DNA of 64,000 nt from a candidate division FCPU426 bacterium (GCA_963738405.1 CAVTWJ010000019.1:42699-106698); one strand, 5' to 3'. Shown: positions 26,675 to 38,081, numbered from the stretch's first letter. The notes: generated by a model not told the origin, from the letters alone. Program-made: numbers and translations.

Positions 26675-28249
26675 TTATGAATTATTCAGCCGGATGACTT
26701 TCGTATCCTCGGTCCCTGTCTTTTCCGAGGACGTTTCACCCAGGGACCGGGGCGGGGGACTCGAATGGATAGGCTTTGCGGAAGCCGAAGCTCCTTGGGA
26801 AGGCGCGGCTGACGGGGCCGGAAGGGTTGAGGAAGCTCCCTCCATCAACTGGCCCAGCTGACGGGATAGCCCCTCCAGGGATCCTAACTGCTGGGTGAGC
26901 TGGCTGCCGGCGGTTACCGCCTTTTCACAGGCGGCGCTGTTGCGGGAAGTTGATTTTTCCACCCTTTCCAAAGCCTGGACAATGTCTTGGGTGCCCTTGG
27001 ATTGGTCATAGCAGCCCATTTCCAAAACGGTCAAAAGATCGGATATCTTTTTGGCCTTCTCACCCGCTTGGGTGAGGGTTCGGGCGGTCTCCTCCCCGGA
27101 GCGGAGGCCCTCGATAGCTTGGCGGGTATTTTCCCCGATCAATTGGGAGCTATCCCTCGCCACTTGGGCGCAACGTTGGGACAAATTACGGATTTCCTCA
27201 ACCACCACCACAAATTCTTTTCCCTGTTCCCCCGCCCGCACCGCCTCTACCCCGGCGTTCAAGGCCAGAATGTTGGTCTGGAAGGCGATGTCTTCCATCG
27301 TCTTCACGATATGGTGGATCTTTTCCGAATTGTCATTGAGCCCGCGCAAGTGGGCCGCGGCCCGGTCGGCGGACTCGGCGCCGTTCAACAGGGTGGAGCG
27401 GGTTTCCTCCATCAAATGCCGGGACCGTCCCGCTCCCTCGGTATTTTGCTGAGCCAAGGTTTGGGTTTGCTCCAGGGTGCCGGAAGACTGCTGAAGGATC
27501 CGGCCTTCCTCGTCCAGGCCGCTTTGAAGCTGAAGAAGCGTGGCCTGGGCCCTCTCGGCGGCAGGCAAGGCCTGGGCCGCCCCTCCCTGGATGCTCCGGG
27601 TCAGACCTAGGACGGGACGGTGGGAATTTCCTCCAATGAAAAGGGCTATGAAAAGGCCAAGAAGTAGCGCCCCACCGGCTCCCCCCACCATAAACTGAAA
27701 ACTGGAAGTGAATGTGTTTTGTATGAAATTCACTCCCGCTAGAATCTCTTTTTCCTTAATATCCTCCAGTTTCCTCAAGTTATCCGTGATGGGATTTAAC
27801 GAGGGATACATAACACTGGTTGCCTGGATTTCCAATTGGCGCGAATCTTTATTGGAATAGGCTGTTTTCAAATCGTCCATGAAATGGTGATTCATGTTGA
27901 AGTTTGCATCGATGAGATTAGCCAGGAATTTTTCTTCCTTTGAAGGTTTGTCCATGGCCATATAGCTTTTCCAGTTATCTTCCGCGGTTTTTTCCGCGTC
28001 TTGAATAAGTTTTAATCCATCCTCCCAACTCCACCCAACCTCGATCCGGGTTCTTTGAACCGCTGCCGTCACATCCATCCCGAAGGCGTCGGAAACTTTC
28101 TTAAGGTGGTAAATGGCCGTGGCATCTCGGCAAATGTTTTGCTCCGTGTCAAAAATAGCCTTGGACTGTGTGACACAAAGTATGGCCGCAACGAATGCGC
28201 CCAAAATCATAATCCCGATACTGACAAACCAGCGGTCTTTCCATTTCAT
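26675..28249 (-). CDS. Methyl-accepting chemotaxis protein
   Basis: Two TMs flanking a 4HB-like sensor domain; IAFQTNILALNAGVEAVRAGEQGKEF hairpin tip. Confidence 0.9.
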   Translation of the reverse strand: MKWKDRWFVSIGIMILGAFVAAILCVTQSKAIFDTEQNICRDATAIYHLKKVSDAFGMDVTAAVQRTRIEVGWSWEDGLKLIQDAEKTAEDNWKSYMAMDKPSKEEKFLANLIDANFNMNHHFMDDLKTAYSNKDSRQLEIQATSVMYPSLNPITDNLRKLEDIKEKEILAGVNFIQNTFTSSFQFMVGGAGGALLLGLFIALFIGGNSHRPVLGLTRSIQGGAAQALPAAERAQATLLQLQSGLDEEGRILQQSSGTLEQTQTLAQQNTEGAGRSRHLMEETRSTLLNGAESADRAAAHLRGLNDNSEKIHHIVKTMEDIAFQTNILALNAGVEAVRAGEQGKEFVVVVEEIRNLSQRCAQVARDSSQLIGENTRQAIEGLRSGEETARTLTQAGEKAKKISDLLTVLEMGCYDQSKGTQDIVQALERVEKSTSRNSAACEKAVTAGSQLTQQLGSLEGLSRQLGQLMEGASSTLPAPSAAPSQGASASAKPIHSSPPPRSLGETSSEKTGTEDTKVIRLNNS

Positions 28250-28275
28250 CTTTCGCCTCGATCCCGCGAACCTTC

Positions 28276-28764
28276 TCAGCCCGCGAGGTTTTTTAATTCC
28301 TGCTTCTCCCCCTCAAAACTTTCCGGAGCGGACAAAACCCGGTCCAGGTTCAGCACATAAACCGCCTCGTCCCCCCGGATGAACATGGAGGTCAAAAAAC
28401 CGCTCGGGATATCCGAAACCGGGGCGGTCAGGGGTTTCAACTCGGCCGAAGGAACCCTGATCATTTCCACCATCGCGTCCACCCACAGGGCAATCACCTT
28501 TCCCGGTTCCCCCGATTGGACGGCGATGAAGGAATTGGGGCCTTCCCGGTGAACCGGAGGCAGGGCGAAGGCGGTTCTTAAATCCAAAACCGGCATCGTC
28601 CTTCCCCGAGATTGGAGAAACCCCTGCGATTGGCCGCTGACGTAAAGGGGTTGGAGGTCCACTCCCCCCAGGATCTCCCGGATCCTGACCGCGTCGATGG
28701 CGAATAGGACTCCCGCCAAACGAAATATGACCCCGTTAAAATCCACCACCGGTCTAATCTCCAT
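28276..28764 (-). CDS. cheW: Chemotaxis coupling protein CheW
   Basis: FRLAGVLFAID...IREI...RGRTMPVLDLR...WVDAMVE. Confidence 0.85.
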   Translation of the reverse strand: MEIRPVVDFNGVIFRLAGVLFAIDAVRIREILGGVDLQPLYVSGQSQGFLQSRGRTMPVLDLRTAFALPPVHREGPNSFIAVQSGEPGKVIALWVDAMVEMIRVPSAELKPLTAPVSDIPSGFLTSMFIRGDEAVYVLNLDRVLSAPESFEGEKQELKNLAG

Positions 28765-30817
28765 GGAGGGTTCCTTTCATCGGCTTTTCGCCGTTTTGTT
28801 CCCGCAGGAGGGAGGCGATATCCAAAATCCATCCCGTCGTCCCGTCCGCGAGCAGGGCTTCAGCCCTTAGTCCCGCGGGAACCGAATTTCCCTCCGGGTT
28901 GTTTTTGACCAACACCTGTTGTTTCCCCGTGACCTCATCCACCAGCAAACGGGCCTGCTGGAAACCGGCCTCCACTCGGACGGCCAGTGGGGAACTGGGG
29001 CTGCCCGTCGTCCCCCCGAAATACCGGGCCAAATCCATTTCAGGAATAACTTCGTCGGCGGAGGGTTTTCCCGTCTTGGCGCCGGATTCGATCTTCAAGG
29101 TTTGCGCTACTGGAATCAGGTAATGCTTTCCGGCGGCTTTCACCACCCATCCATCCATCAGGGCGAGGGATCGGGGAATTTTTAGGGTGAATCGGCAACC
29201 CTGTCCGGGGCGGCCCTCCACCCGGACTGACCCCAAAAGAGATTCCATTTTTCGGCGGACGGTGTCCAAGCCCCGGTGAGCACCGTCGGGTCCGGATTCT
29301 TTCAAGGCGAAACCGGGTTTAAAAATAAACTCCAACAACCGGGAGGGTGAAATCTTGTCCTGGCCTAACCAGCCCAACTCCAAGGCTCTTTGCCTAATTG
29401 GTTCCGGGTTGAGCCCGCGGCCATCGTCCTCCACTTCCAGGAGAAAGGCCCCATTTTGATGGCTGGCCCTTATCAGGAGTTTTCCTTCCAACCGCTTTCC
29501 GAGAGCGCGGCGTTCCGCCGGACTTTCGAACCCATGATCTATCGCGTTTTCAATCAGTTGGGTCAGGGGCTCCTTCAACTCTGGAAGGAGTCTTTGATCC
29601 ACCTCAATCCCAGCCCCCTCCACAGTTATTTCAACCATCAGGTTCCTCCGCCGGGCAAGGGCTCCGGCCTGCTGGGCGGTTTGGGCTAGGAGGGATTCCA
29701 CGGGCGACATTCCCAGGGATAAAAACCCGTCCCTCAAACGCATCGTGGCTTTTTGAAGATGGGCCACCTCCGCCAGGCCCTGGGGACGGGCGTGGTTGCG
29801 ATAGTCGTCCAATATCCGGTTTTGAGCGAGAACCAAATCCACCAGGTCCTGATAGAGGCCGTCCAGTTGCTGATGGGGAATCCGCTTGGTCCCCCCCGGG
29901 GGGGGAAGTCCGAACTCCGTTTCAGGGGCCAAATGGAGCCCGTCGCCCTCCTCTTTCGGGGCCGCCGGGGTTGGAAGGGCTTTCATTTTTTCCAAGAGGC
30001 TCAAGGAATCCAAAACCGTAACGGCCAGAAGCTCAAGGCCCTCCTCCACTTGGGCGGTTTGGGCCCTCATAAAGGAAAGGCTTTGGGAAATTCCGTCTTT
30101 TAAATCATCCGTCACGGTTAAATGTCCGCCCATCAGCGGGTCCAGATGCTTTTCTATTTCGCGTCCCAACCGCCAGACATCTAAGAATCCCAAAAATCCG
30201 AACTGGGTTCTCAATTCATGGAGCGTCCGATACAGGAAGGAAACGTCCGATTTATTTCCCGTGGCAAGCTCGGCGAGCTGGGACTGCGCCTCCTCCAAAC
30301 GGCCGGAAACATCCAAAAGGAAGATCTGAAAGAAACCGCTATCCTCGGACCTAATATTCATTTGCGGGCGCTGGGCGGAGGGGAAAGAAGGGATCAGGGG
30401 TGCGGCTGGAGAGGTTTTTCGGTATATTTCTGCCTTTCGGATGTTTCTGCGGAAGGGTTGAGGTGAATCCGTTTCTTTTTCTCGTTTAGATGAGGAAATA
30501 TGTTGGTCCTGCTCCAGCAATCGGTGGGTTTGAAGCAGCAGCCTTAAGAATTTTTCCATGACCTGAGCCACGGGGGCTCTGTTTTTCAAGTGGAGGACGA
30601 ATTCCTGGGCTTGAGCGTGGTGGTTTTCACATCCGGCGACCCCTGCGGAAAGGGCGCGCTGGGTCCAATCCCTGAAACTCAAGACAAGGTCCATCACCTG
30701 ATTGAAATCTTTCAGGTTCGCCTGAATCGCCCTTTGACTCAAAGCGTTCAAGCTTTGGTTAAGTTCCTCGGCGGAACCGGGCTTGGATGAAAGTTCCTGC
30801 AAAGTGGAAGGATCCAT
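28754..30817 (-). CDS. cheA: CheA-like histidine kinase with divergent motifs
   Basis: Hpt (RTLHELRT), ENAIDHGFE, DDGRGL, IFKPGF, C-terminal CheW-like domain; G2 box degenerate. Confidence 0.8.
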   Translation of the reverse strand: MDPSTLQELSSKPGSAEELNQSLNALSQRAIQANLKDFNQVMDLVLSFRDWTQRALSAGVAGCENHHAQAQEFVLHLKNRAPVAQVMEKFLRLLLQTHRLLEQDQHISSSKREKETDSPQPFRRNIRKAEIYRKTSPAAPLIPSFPSAQRPQMNIRSEDSGFFQIFLLDVSGRLEEAQSQLAELATGNKSDVSFLYRTLHELRTQFGFLGFLDVWRLGREIEKHLDPLMGGHLTVTDDLKDGISQSLSFMRAQTAQVEEGLELLAVTVLDSLSLLEKMKALPTPAAPKEEGDGLHLAPETEFGLPPPGGTKRIPHQQLDGLYQDLVDLVLAQNRILDDYRNHARPQGLAEVAHLQKATMRLRDGFLSLGMSPVESLLAQTAQQAGALARRRNLMVEITVEGAGIEVDQRLLPELKEPLTQLIENAIDHGFESPAERRALGKRLEGKLLIRASHQNGAFLLEVEDDGRGLNPEPIRQRALELGWLGQDKISPSRLLEFIFKPGFALKESGPDGAHRGLDTVRRKMESLLGSVRVEGRPGQGCRFTLKIPRSLALMDGWVVKAAGKHYLIPVAQTLKIESGAKTGKPSADEVIPEMDLARYFGGTTGSPSSPLAVRVEAGFQQARLLVDEVTGKQQVLVKNNPEGNSVPAGLRAEALLADGTTGWILDIASLLREQNGEKPMKGTLHGD

Positions 30818-31034
30818 AAACCGCGCTTTTTCGGATGAGTGGGTAGAATCGCACAAGGCGGGAATCGAATGATTCCTCTTACGCCCATTGAAGGTAACGA
30901 TTTAGGGAGTATTAAAAGGATGAAAAGAAGCGGCGCGATTTCAGACTTGAAAATGCCGTGTAAATTATCTTGGGGTGAAAATCGAAAGACAGATCAATAA
31001 ACGATGATGCGTTAAAGCCGACATGTTTAAAAAT

Positions 31035-31859
31035 TTAGGAGGTTACCCGTCGGGCCTGCTCGGGATTGACCAGCGGCCAACCCCAATAGGATTCCCCCAG
31101 GATGGTTTGGATGACCTTGGCTCCCTCGATGAGGCGGGGAACGGGGTAATTTAAAAGCGAGGAATCAACGGTAAAGATACGGCGCTTCCGCACCGCGAAA
31201 AGATCCTCCCAGCCGATTCGCTTGAGGGCCTCGGCAGGATCAAATTCCAATCCATGGCCGTAAATGGAAAATACGATAATTTCCGGGTCAAATCGGATCA
31301 CTTCCTGAACCCGTACTTCCCGGCTGATTTCCCTTGGAAGAATGGGGAAATAGTGGGCCCCCAAATTGGCCATCAAGTCGGGCCACCATCCCCCGGCTAC
31401 GGAAGGGGGTTTATTCCACTCCTCGCAATAAAGTTTGGGACGGTAGGCGTTATAAGGTATCTTTTCCCTTAAAGCCGTCAATCCCCCCGAAAAATCTCGG
31501 GCCAATTCCCGGCCCCTGTCATTCTCGCCCACGGCCTTCCCGATTTGGAAAAACAAATCCTCCACATCCCGAAGAGTTCTTGGGTCCAAGTGCAGGACAG
31601 GAAAGCCTTTTTCTTTCAGCCTTTTATGAAGATCCTGTTGGGCTACGGATAGGGTGATGACTAGGTCGGCTTTCTGGCTGAGGGCCCTTCCCGCGGCCAT
31701 GGAGAACCAATACTCCGGTTTCTGGCGGTCCGATTGGAGCGGAAAATCCTCATAATATTCCTTAAGGGTTGTCACATGGTCGGACAGGCCCATGTAATCG
31801 AGAATATCCGTGATGGGCTGGGCCAAAGAAAGAATCCGCTTGGGATTGTTTTGTTTCAT
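31035..31859 (-). CDS. Helical-backbone metal receptor (BtuF-like cobalamin/iron-binding protein)
   Basis: RILSLAQPITDIL, EEWNKPP...GGW, DPEII, PRLIEG. Confidence 0.75.
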   Translation of the reverse strand: MKQNNPKRILSLAQPITDILDYMGLSDHVTTLKEYYEDFPLQSDRQKPEYWFSMAAGRALSQKADLVITLSVAQQDLHKRLKEKGFPVLHLDPRTLRDVEDLFFQIGKAVGENDRGRELARDFSGGLTALREKIPYNAYRPKLYCEEWNKPPSVAGGWWPDLMANLGAHYFPILPREISREVRVQEVIRFDPEIIVFSIYGHGLEFDPAEALKRIGWEDLFAVRKRRIFTVDSSLLNYPVPRLIEGAKVIQTILGESYWGWPLVNPEQARRVTS

Positions 31860-31996
31860 GAAAACGAGTGTAGGGGATGGAGGCTCTTCATTTCTAGTAA
31901 ATTTGCCGAATTAAAGGGCATGGGACTCACCTTTCTCCGTCCCGCGAATAGACTTTTGGATCAAAGGGTTAAAATTTTTGGAACCAAGTCAAAGTT

Positions 31997-32665
31997 CTAT
32001 TTGTAAAGAAAGACCGTGATATCCATTGGGTGGTAGTGATCCAAAAGATGAACACGGGAAGGGCCAAGTTTCCTGCAGAAAGAAACCAATTTCTTTGGGT
32101 GGGCGCTAAAACGGTCCGGCTCGCGTAAATCGGCCTCGGCGTTCAAAACATTGAAAGCCACCGCTCGTCGGCTTTGCTTCAAGGCGCATTTCAAAAGGGC
32201 CCGCATATACCGCCAATTGTCCTTAACTCTCACGTTGAAAACGCCTGAAAGAAAGACATCGTCAAAACTGCGGGGAGGATAGGGTCGAGCCAAAAGAACC
32301 CGGCTTTCGAACTGAACCCCTGGGTGGTGTATTCGGGCATCCTCAATAATCGGGGGAAACAGGTCCACCCCCCAATAATCCACCGCTATTCCTTGTTTCT
32401 TTAAAAAACCATAAAACCCTCCCAAACCGCAGCCAATGTCCAAAACCTTTTTGCCCTCCAGGGGGCCCACCAAAGCCAAGGCTTCGAAACGCACCCTCTG
32501 GCTTTTGGCCGTCAGCCAACCCACCCTTTTTTCGGGCAGAACGTGGCGGATCCTTTGGGCGGAATAATAACTTTCAAGGTTTCTTAAATCGTTCCGGGAA
32601 AACCCGGGAAAATCTTTTACCTGAAAAGAGGGCTGGGAGCCCTTAAGGGCCAGAATTTTTTTCAT
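31997..32665 (-). CDS. Class I SAM-dependent methyltransferase
   Basis: VGW...QRVRF, VLDIGCGLG, LSGVFN, AFNVL. Confidence 0.85.
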   Translation of the reverse strand: MKKILALKGSQPSFQVKDFPGFSRNDLRNLESYYSAQRIRHVLPEKRVGWLTAKSQRVRFEALALVGPLEGKKVLDIGCGLGGFYGFLKKQGIAVDYWGVDLFPPIIEDARIHHPGVQFESRVLLARPYPPRSFDDVFLSGVFNVRVKDNWRYMRALLKCALKQSRRAVAFNVLNAEADLREPDRFSAHPKKLVSFCRKLGPSRVHLLDHYHPMDITVFLYK

Positions 32666-32700
32666 AGGTTTTCGAGAGGGGGTATGGGAGGCAGAGGATT

Positions 32701-33534
32701 TCAAGCCAGGGTTCCCTCGAAAAAACGGACGGTTTTTTGGGCCGCCTCGACCAGCACCCCGGTGGGGTGGTGGAAGGGATGGACGCAATTGAACTTATGG
32801 TCCGCCCCGGCCAGGATGGCCAGCTGGGCCGTCGGTTTCACCGCCGCCAGGCTCTCCGATTCCTCGGGAGTCACGCTGGTATCCTCCGAACCATGGAGTA
32901 GAAGCACCGGCGGAGTCAAATGGTGGAGAAAAGTGGGAACATCCCCTTCCCGGCCCCAGGACTCCACATCATCCAGAAAAGCAGTGCCGTAGGTCAGGAT
33001 TTGTCCCGTGCGATTACTCTCGACCGCAAAATACCCCGACTTCCGCCAGGATTGTTTGGCTTCGAAAAAATAACGGTTCACCCGCGCGATACCAGCCCAG
33101 CAGGCCACCCCCGCCGTCTCAGGGATTCGGCCCGCGGCCAAGAGGCAGACGCCCGCCCCCCGGGAATGGCCCCAGAGGAAAACCTTGGGCTGGGGGGAAA
33201 GATCGGGATGGAGGACCCCCTGCATCGCGGCCGTGGAGATGCTTCTTAAATCTTCCACTTGGCGGGTAATGGAGTCTGCTTGGAAGGCCTCGGGTTCAAT
33301 GAAAGGTCCGTCCTTGGATGAACCCATTCCCGATCCAGAGAAATTAAACCGCAGCACGGGAAAACCGGCCTGGTTGAAAAACTCCGCTACCCAGGGGAAA
33401 AAAGACCAGTCTTTGAATCCTAAAAAACCGTGGGTCATGATGATGAGGGGATACTTGGGCGCCGGGGGCAAGCTCAGGGTGGCCCAAAGGGGGCGGTTGT
33501 CGGCCCCATCCACTCGCAGGTCCAAGCTTTCCAT
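32701..33534 (-). CDS. Alpha/beta hydrolase
   Basis: HGFLGFKDW, GHSRG nucleophile, HGSEDTSV, GADH. Confidence 0.9.
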   Translation of the reverse strand: MESLDLRVDGADNRPLWATLSLPPAPKYPLIIMTHGFLGFKDWSFFPWVAEFFNQAGFPVLRFNFSGSGMGSSKDGPFIEPEAFQADSITRQVEDLRSISTAAMQGVLHPDLSPQPKVFLWGHSRGAGVCLLAAGRIPETAGVACWAGIARVNRYFFEAKQSWRKSGYFAVESNRTGQILTYGTAFLDDVESWGREGDVPTFLHHLTPPVLLLHGSEDTSVTPEESESLAAVKPTAQLAILAGADHKFNCVHPFHHPTGVLVEAAQKTVRFFEGTLA

Positions 33535-33556
33535 CCAACGCCCCCTAAGCCGTCTG

Positions 33557-33973
33557 TTATTTCTTTTTTAAAAGGTCCCTGATTTCCGTCAGCAATACCT
33601 CTTGCGGGGTGGGCGCGGGCGGCGCGGCGGGTGCCTCCGCCTGCTTTTTGTGCATTTGGTTGATGGCCTTTACCATCAGGAATACCGCGAAAGCGATGAT
33701 CGTGAAATCGACTAGGGATTGAATGAAATTGCCGATATTGATCGTCACTTCCTGCGCCGCCCTCCCGGCCAAATCGATGGCGGGGGCCTTCAGGTGGATC
33801 TTAATGTCCGTGAAATTGATCCCGCCGATCAAATAGCCCAGGGGCGGCATGAGGATGTCCGAAACGATGGAGGATACCACTTTCCCGAAGGCGCCCCCGA
33901 TGATGATACCGACCGCCAAATCGACCATGTTTCCCTTCACCGCGAATTCTTTAAACTCTTGCATCATGCCCAT
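33557..33973 (-). CDS. mscL: Large-conductance mechanosensitive channel
   Basis: EFKEFAVKGNMVDLAVGIIIGGAFGKVV...LLTEIRDLL. Confidence 0.97.
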   Translation of the reverse strand: MGMMQEFKEFAVKGNMVDLAVGIIIGGAFGKVVSSIVSDILMPPLGYLIGGINFTDIKIHLKAPAIDLAGRAAQEVTINIGNFIQSLVDFTIIAFAVFLMVKAINQMHKKQAEAPAAPPAPTPQEVLLTEIRDLLKKK

Positions 33974-34010
33974 AGGATCTCCTCCCAAATCAATTTGAAC
34001 GCGGCCAAGA

Positions 34011-34508
34011 TCAAGCCTTGTTTCCAGAATTTTCTAGAATATAACCGTAAAACCCCGGGCTGTGGGGCTCGCCTCCGGCTTTTTTGATGGCCGTAACAAT
34101 TTGGCCCCGGTGGTAGGTGGAGTGGTCGAAAACATGGGTGAGGATTCCCCCCACCGGCGCCTGGTAGGCTTGACCCTTGGTGTTTTTGTAAGAGATGATT
34201 TTTCCAAAATCCGAGTCGCTGAGATGGTTGAGGCATTCACTCCATCTTTTCCCCAGTTCTAAGAGCTTTTCCCTGCATTCGGGGATGGTCCGTTCCGGCC
34301 AGGGGGTTATGAACCGCGAAAAATCTTCTTGTAAGAGCCTTGCGAGCCAAACATCCTCCGCGAAAAGAATATGGGATATCCTTCCGAGGGCTGTGGGGTC
34401 CGGGGTCGGCAGGGTCTCAAGGTCTTTGATTAACATTTCCATGGCCCACTGGTCATAGGCCAATAATCTTTTGAAATGATCCACTAGTGAAGAATTGAAA
34501 GTCAGCAT
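34011..34508 (-). CDS. DinB/YfiT family protein
   Basis: YDQWA, SHIL, HVFDHSTYHRGQ. Confidence 0.9.
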   Translation of the reverse strand: MLTFNSSLVDHFKRLLAYDQWAMEMLIKDLETLPTPDPTALGRISHILFAEDVWLARLLQEDFSRFITPWPERTIPECREKLLELGKRWSECLNHLSDSDFGKIISYKNTKGQAYQAPVGGILTHVFDHSTYHRGQIVTAIKKAGGEPHSPGFYGYILENSGNKA

Positions 34509-34526
34509 TTCGCCTCCTCCTTATCT

Positions 34527-36653
34527 TTATTTCAAAAGCTCCAGAACCTTTTTCTCGTCGGTCGTTGGCAGTTGGCACTGGTAATTCCGGCACACATAAA
34601 CTGTAGGTCTGCCCCCTTGGGCGGCTCGGCCCTCGGCCCAGGGAATAAGAGGGGTCAAACCCTTCACTTGGTTCTCCTCGGCGAACACCAAAACCTTGCC
34701 GGGAATGAAATTTTTCCATAACAAACGGAGCATTTCGTCCGATTCTTTCCGCGGCCCCACCACAAAAATTTCCGCCGGGCCGTAGTCATCAAACTGAAAG
34801 GCCTGAAGCATCTGGGGATAATTGACCGCACCCTGGGATAGCAGGACGGAAAAGGCCTTGAGGATGGAATCGGCCCGGTCCCGGTATTGTTTGTCCCCCG
34901 TGAACTCCGCCAGCCGGTAAAGGCTAAGGGCCGCGAGCGAATTTCCCGAAGGGATCACCCCGTCGTGGGAATCCTTGGTGCGAGCCAGAAGCCTATTGGC
35001 GTCTTTTTGGTCGCTTCCCGTGAAGAAATACCCGCCGTTATTTTCATCCCAAAACAGACGGGCCATATCTTTCTCAAGATCGAGTGCCTTTTCTAAGTAA
35101 GAAGTCTTAAAGGTGCTTTCGTACAGATCCAGTTGCGCCGCCTGGTAGAAGGCGTAGTCGTCGATGTAGCCCTGGATTTCGGAAGGCCCCTGCCGGTAGG
35201 AAGCCAACAACCTTCCATTTTTAAAAAGATTTTTTTCAATGAAATCGGACGCCTTTTCAGCGGCCTTGAGATAAGACTCATCCCCTAATATTTGGTAGCC
35301 GTAGCAGAGGGAGGAAATCATCAGGCTGTTCCAGGCCGTGAGGATCTTGTCGTCCAAATGGGGCCGAATCCGCTTGGAACGCTCCGCCAAGACTTTGTTT
35401 CTGGCCCCTTCCCACCACTTTTCATCCTTGCCCAGTGTCTTCAAAGCTTCGGGCAAGGGCCCTTTCAAGTGAAGGATATTCTGCCCCTCGAAATTTCCTC
35501 CCTCGGTAGCGCCGTAGAGTTTGCAAAATGCCAAACCGTCCTCATCTCCCAGGATTCGTTTCAATTCGGAGGGGGTCCAGACGTAAAACTTGCCTTCTTC
35601 GCCCTCGCTGTCGGCATCCTCGGCGCTGTAAAAGCCTCCCATTGAGTCCGTCATATCCCTGAAGAGATAAGTGAATATTTCCCGCGCCACCCGGGCATAT
35701 TCCTCTTTCCCCGTCACCTGATAGGCCTCCAGGTAGGCCCGGGAAAGAAGCGAATTATCGTAGAGCATCTTCTCAAAATGGGGCACCAGCCATTTGTCGT
35801 CGGTGGAATAGCGGGCGAACCCGCCTCCCACCTGGTCGTAAATGCCGCCTTGGGACATCTTGTCCAAAGTGACTTCCACCAAGGGCAGGATTTCCTTGTC
35901 GCCGGTTTTCCGGTAAAGGCGAAGGAGAAATTGGATTGCCATGGCGGGGGGAAACTTCGGCGCCCCCCTAAAACCTCCATCGTGGGGGTCGAAACCCGAT
36001 TCCAACTGCTCCCGGGCCATATCGAGAAGCTGTTCATTTAAGACGCCTCCGGAGGTGTTGGCGCCGGGCCGGGAAATCACAGAGGCAAGCTGTTGCCCGG
36101 CCTTCTCAATTTCCTCCGGCTTGGCGTGCCAGGCTCGGTTAACATCCTCCAAAACGGAAGGAAATCCCGGGCGCCCATAGCGGGCATCGGGAGCGAAGTA
36201 GGTTCCGCCGTAGAAGGGCTTCAAGTCGGGCGTCAGAAAAAGGTTCAGGGGCCATCCACCCTGACCGGTCAAGAGCATCACGGCGTTCATGTAAATCTGG
36301 TCCACGTCCGGGCGTTCCTCCCGGTCCACCTTAATGCAGACGAAATGCTCGTTCATGATCTTGGCGATGGACTCGTTCTCGAAACTTTCCCGCTCCATCA
36401 CGTGGCACCAATGGCAGGTGGAATAGCCGATCGAGAGAAAGATGGGCTTGTTTTCTTTCTTGGCCTTCTCGAAGGCCTCCTCCCCCCAGGGATACCAGTC
36501 CACGGGGTTATGGGCGTGCTGAAGCAGGTAGGGGCTCTTCTCGTGAATGAGCCGGTTGGTGTATTTAAATGTTTCCTGGTTTGACGCCGAGTGCATCCCG
36601 CAGCCTCCCAACAAGAGTGAGCCGAAAAGACCAATCCAAACAACGCATTTCAT
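34527..36653 (-). CDS. YyaL/SSP411-like thioredoxin domain (DUF255) protein, probable lipoprotein
   Basis: [39 protein letters not shown]; lipobox LGGC. Confidence 0.92.
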   Translation of the reverse strand: MKCVVWIGLFGSLLLGGCGMHSASNQETFKYTNRLIHEKSPYLLQHAHNPVDWYPWGEEAFEKAKKENKPIFLSIGYSTCHWCHVMERESFENESIAKIMNEHFVCIKVDREERPDVDQIYMNAVMLLTGQGGWPLNLFLTPDLKPFYGGTYFAPDARYGRPGFPSVLEDVNRAWHAKPEEIEKAGQQLASVISRPGANTSGGVLNEQLLDMAREQLESGFDPHDGGFRGAPKFPPAMAIQFLLRLYRKTGDKEILPLVEVTLDKMSQGGIYDQVGGGFARYSTDDKWLVPHFEKMLYDNSLLSRAYLEAYQVTGKEEYARVAREIFTYLFRDMTDSMGGFYSAEDADSEGEEGKFYVWTPSELKRILGDEDGLAFCKLYGATEGGNFEGQNILHLKGPLPEALKTLGKDEKWWEGARNKVLAERSKRIRPHLDDKILTAWNSLMISSLCYGYQILGDESYLKAAEKASDFIEKNLFKNGRLLASYRQGPSEIQGYIDDYAFYQAAQLDLYESTFKTSYLEKALDLEKDMARLFWDENNGGYFFTGSDQKDANRLLARTKDSHDGVIPSGNSLAALSLYRLAEFTGDKQYRDRADSILKAFSVLLSQGAVNYPQMLQAFQFDDYGPAEIFVVGPRKESDEMLRLLWKNFIPGKVLVFAEENQVKGLTPLIPWAEGRAAQGGRPTVYVCRNYQCQLPTTDEKKVLELLK

Positions 36654-36715
36654 GGGGACCCAGCTTGGAGGAAAAGGCGCTCCACTATCAACCCCATTTG
36701 GACAACTTTTCGGAT

Positions 36716-37486
36716 TTATGTTTTTAAAGGAAGGTCGGGAAACTGCGTGGAAAGATCGCCCTGAAACACCATAGGCCCCACGTGGCTCAGGCGGCTTTGA
36801 AGGTCCACCCAAATCTCGCCGCCCATGTCGGTCCAACGCCGGCAGAAACTGAAATCCTCGCTTAAATAAACCCCCGCCTGCTCGTCCAGGATGCAGTTGA
36901 AGAGGGCGTAGAGGAAATTTCTTTTCTTCCCGACTTCCTGGGCGCTGAACTGGCCCGAATACTTAAGTTGGGGATACTTCTCAATCATGGCCAGCAGCAC
37001 GGATCGTTTGATCAGCATGAACCCCGTGCCCGCGTAGCGCACCTTGGCGAAAACGCCCTTTACCTCTATTTTTTCGGGGTTCTCCGCGCCCACTACGTAG
37101 GCCAGGGAGGCGGATTCGATGCGTTGGATCCCCGCCTTGGCCTGGGCTGTCACCCGGTTCCAGTCGATCACCTTGGCCGGGTAAACCCCCGCCGAAACAT
37201 CCGCGTTGAATTGGAGAAGCCTAAAGACCTGGTCCGGGTCAAAGCCAATGTCCGCGTCGATAAAGAGAAGGTGGGTGGCCGAGTCCATCTCGAGGAACTG
37301 GGCCACCAAATCCTGCCGGGCACGGGGAATCAGGGCGTCCCCGTACATCATATTGACCTGTAGGTTGATGTTTCCCATCTGGTGGCAGGCGTCTTTGAGG
37401 CGCAAAAGGGAATTGGCGTAGAAGGCCGTGACCTGGCCCCCGTAGCAGGGGGTCGCCACGACCAGTTGGATGGGGGAATCGGCCAT
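36716..37486 (-). CDS. GT-A fold (GT2-like) protein
   Basis: [31 protein letters not shown]. Confidence 0.75.
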   Translation of the reverse strand: MADSPIQLVVATPCYGGQVTAFYANSLLRLKDACHQMGNINLQVNMMYGDALIPRARQDLVAQFLEMDSATHLLFIDADIGFDPDQVFRLLQFNADVSAGVYPAKVIDWNRVTAQAKAGIQRIESASLAYVVGAENPEKIEVKGVFAKVRYAGTGFMLIKRSVLLAMIEKYPQLKYSGQFSAQEVGKKRNFLYALFNCILDEQAGVYLSEDFSFCRRWTDMGGEIWVDLQSRLSHVGPMVFQGDLSTQFPDLPLKT

Positions 37487-37536
37487 GGGCCCATCATATC
37501 CAGGGGGCCGGGAAGCCTCCACGGAAAACCGCTCCC

Positions 37537-38013
37537 CTAAAACTTATGGCCTTGAACCTGGAATATGTTTTGCCGAACCGCCTCATAGAGAACAATCCCG
37601 ACGGAGGTGGAAAGGTTCAGGCTTCGAATAGTTTGATCCACCTGTGGAATCCGGTACATCTGATCCTTATAGATTTCGTAGAAGTCCTTGGGCAATCCAG
37701 CTGTTTCCTTGCCGAAAATCAGGTAGGCCCCTTGGGAAAAATCGGCGTCCCAATAGACCCTCGAGCCCTTGGTGGAAAGGAACATCATGGGAATATTGGG
37801 GTTAATTTTTTCGAGGAACTTATCCCAGGAGGCGTAACGGTGGGGGTTCACCTTTTCCCAGTAGTCGAGACCAGCTCGGTGAAGTTCCTTTTCATCCAGG
37901 TGAAACCCTAATCGCCCCACCAGGTGAAGCTCCGCCCCCGCCCCCAGGCAGGTGCGGCCAATGTTGCCGGTGTTCCAAGGTATTTCGGGCTCGATGAGGA
38001 CAACGTGAATCAT
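37537..38013 (-). CDS. trmL: tRNA (cytidine/uridine-34 2'-O)-methyltransferase
   Basis: EPEIPWNTGNIGR, RAGLDYW, FGKETAGL, RSLNLS. Confidence 0.95.
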   Translation of the reverse strand: MIHVVLIEPEIPWNTGNIGRTCLGAGAELHLVGRLGFHLDEKELHRAGLDYWEKVNPHRYASWDKFLEKINPNIPMMFLSTKGSRVYWDADFSQGAYLIFGKETAGLPKDFYEIYKDQMYRIPQVDQTIRSLNLSTSVGIVLYEAVRQNIFQVQGHKF

Positions 38014-38081
38014 GAATCTATTCCTTTATTTCGAAATTTTGATCGTCCAATCCGGGTCCCCGGCGTGGACAACATTTACAC

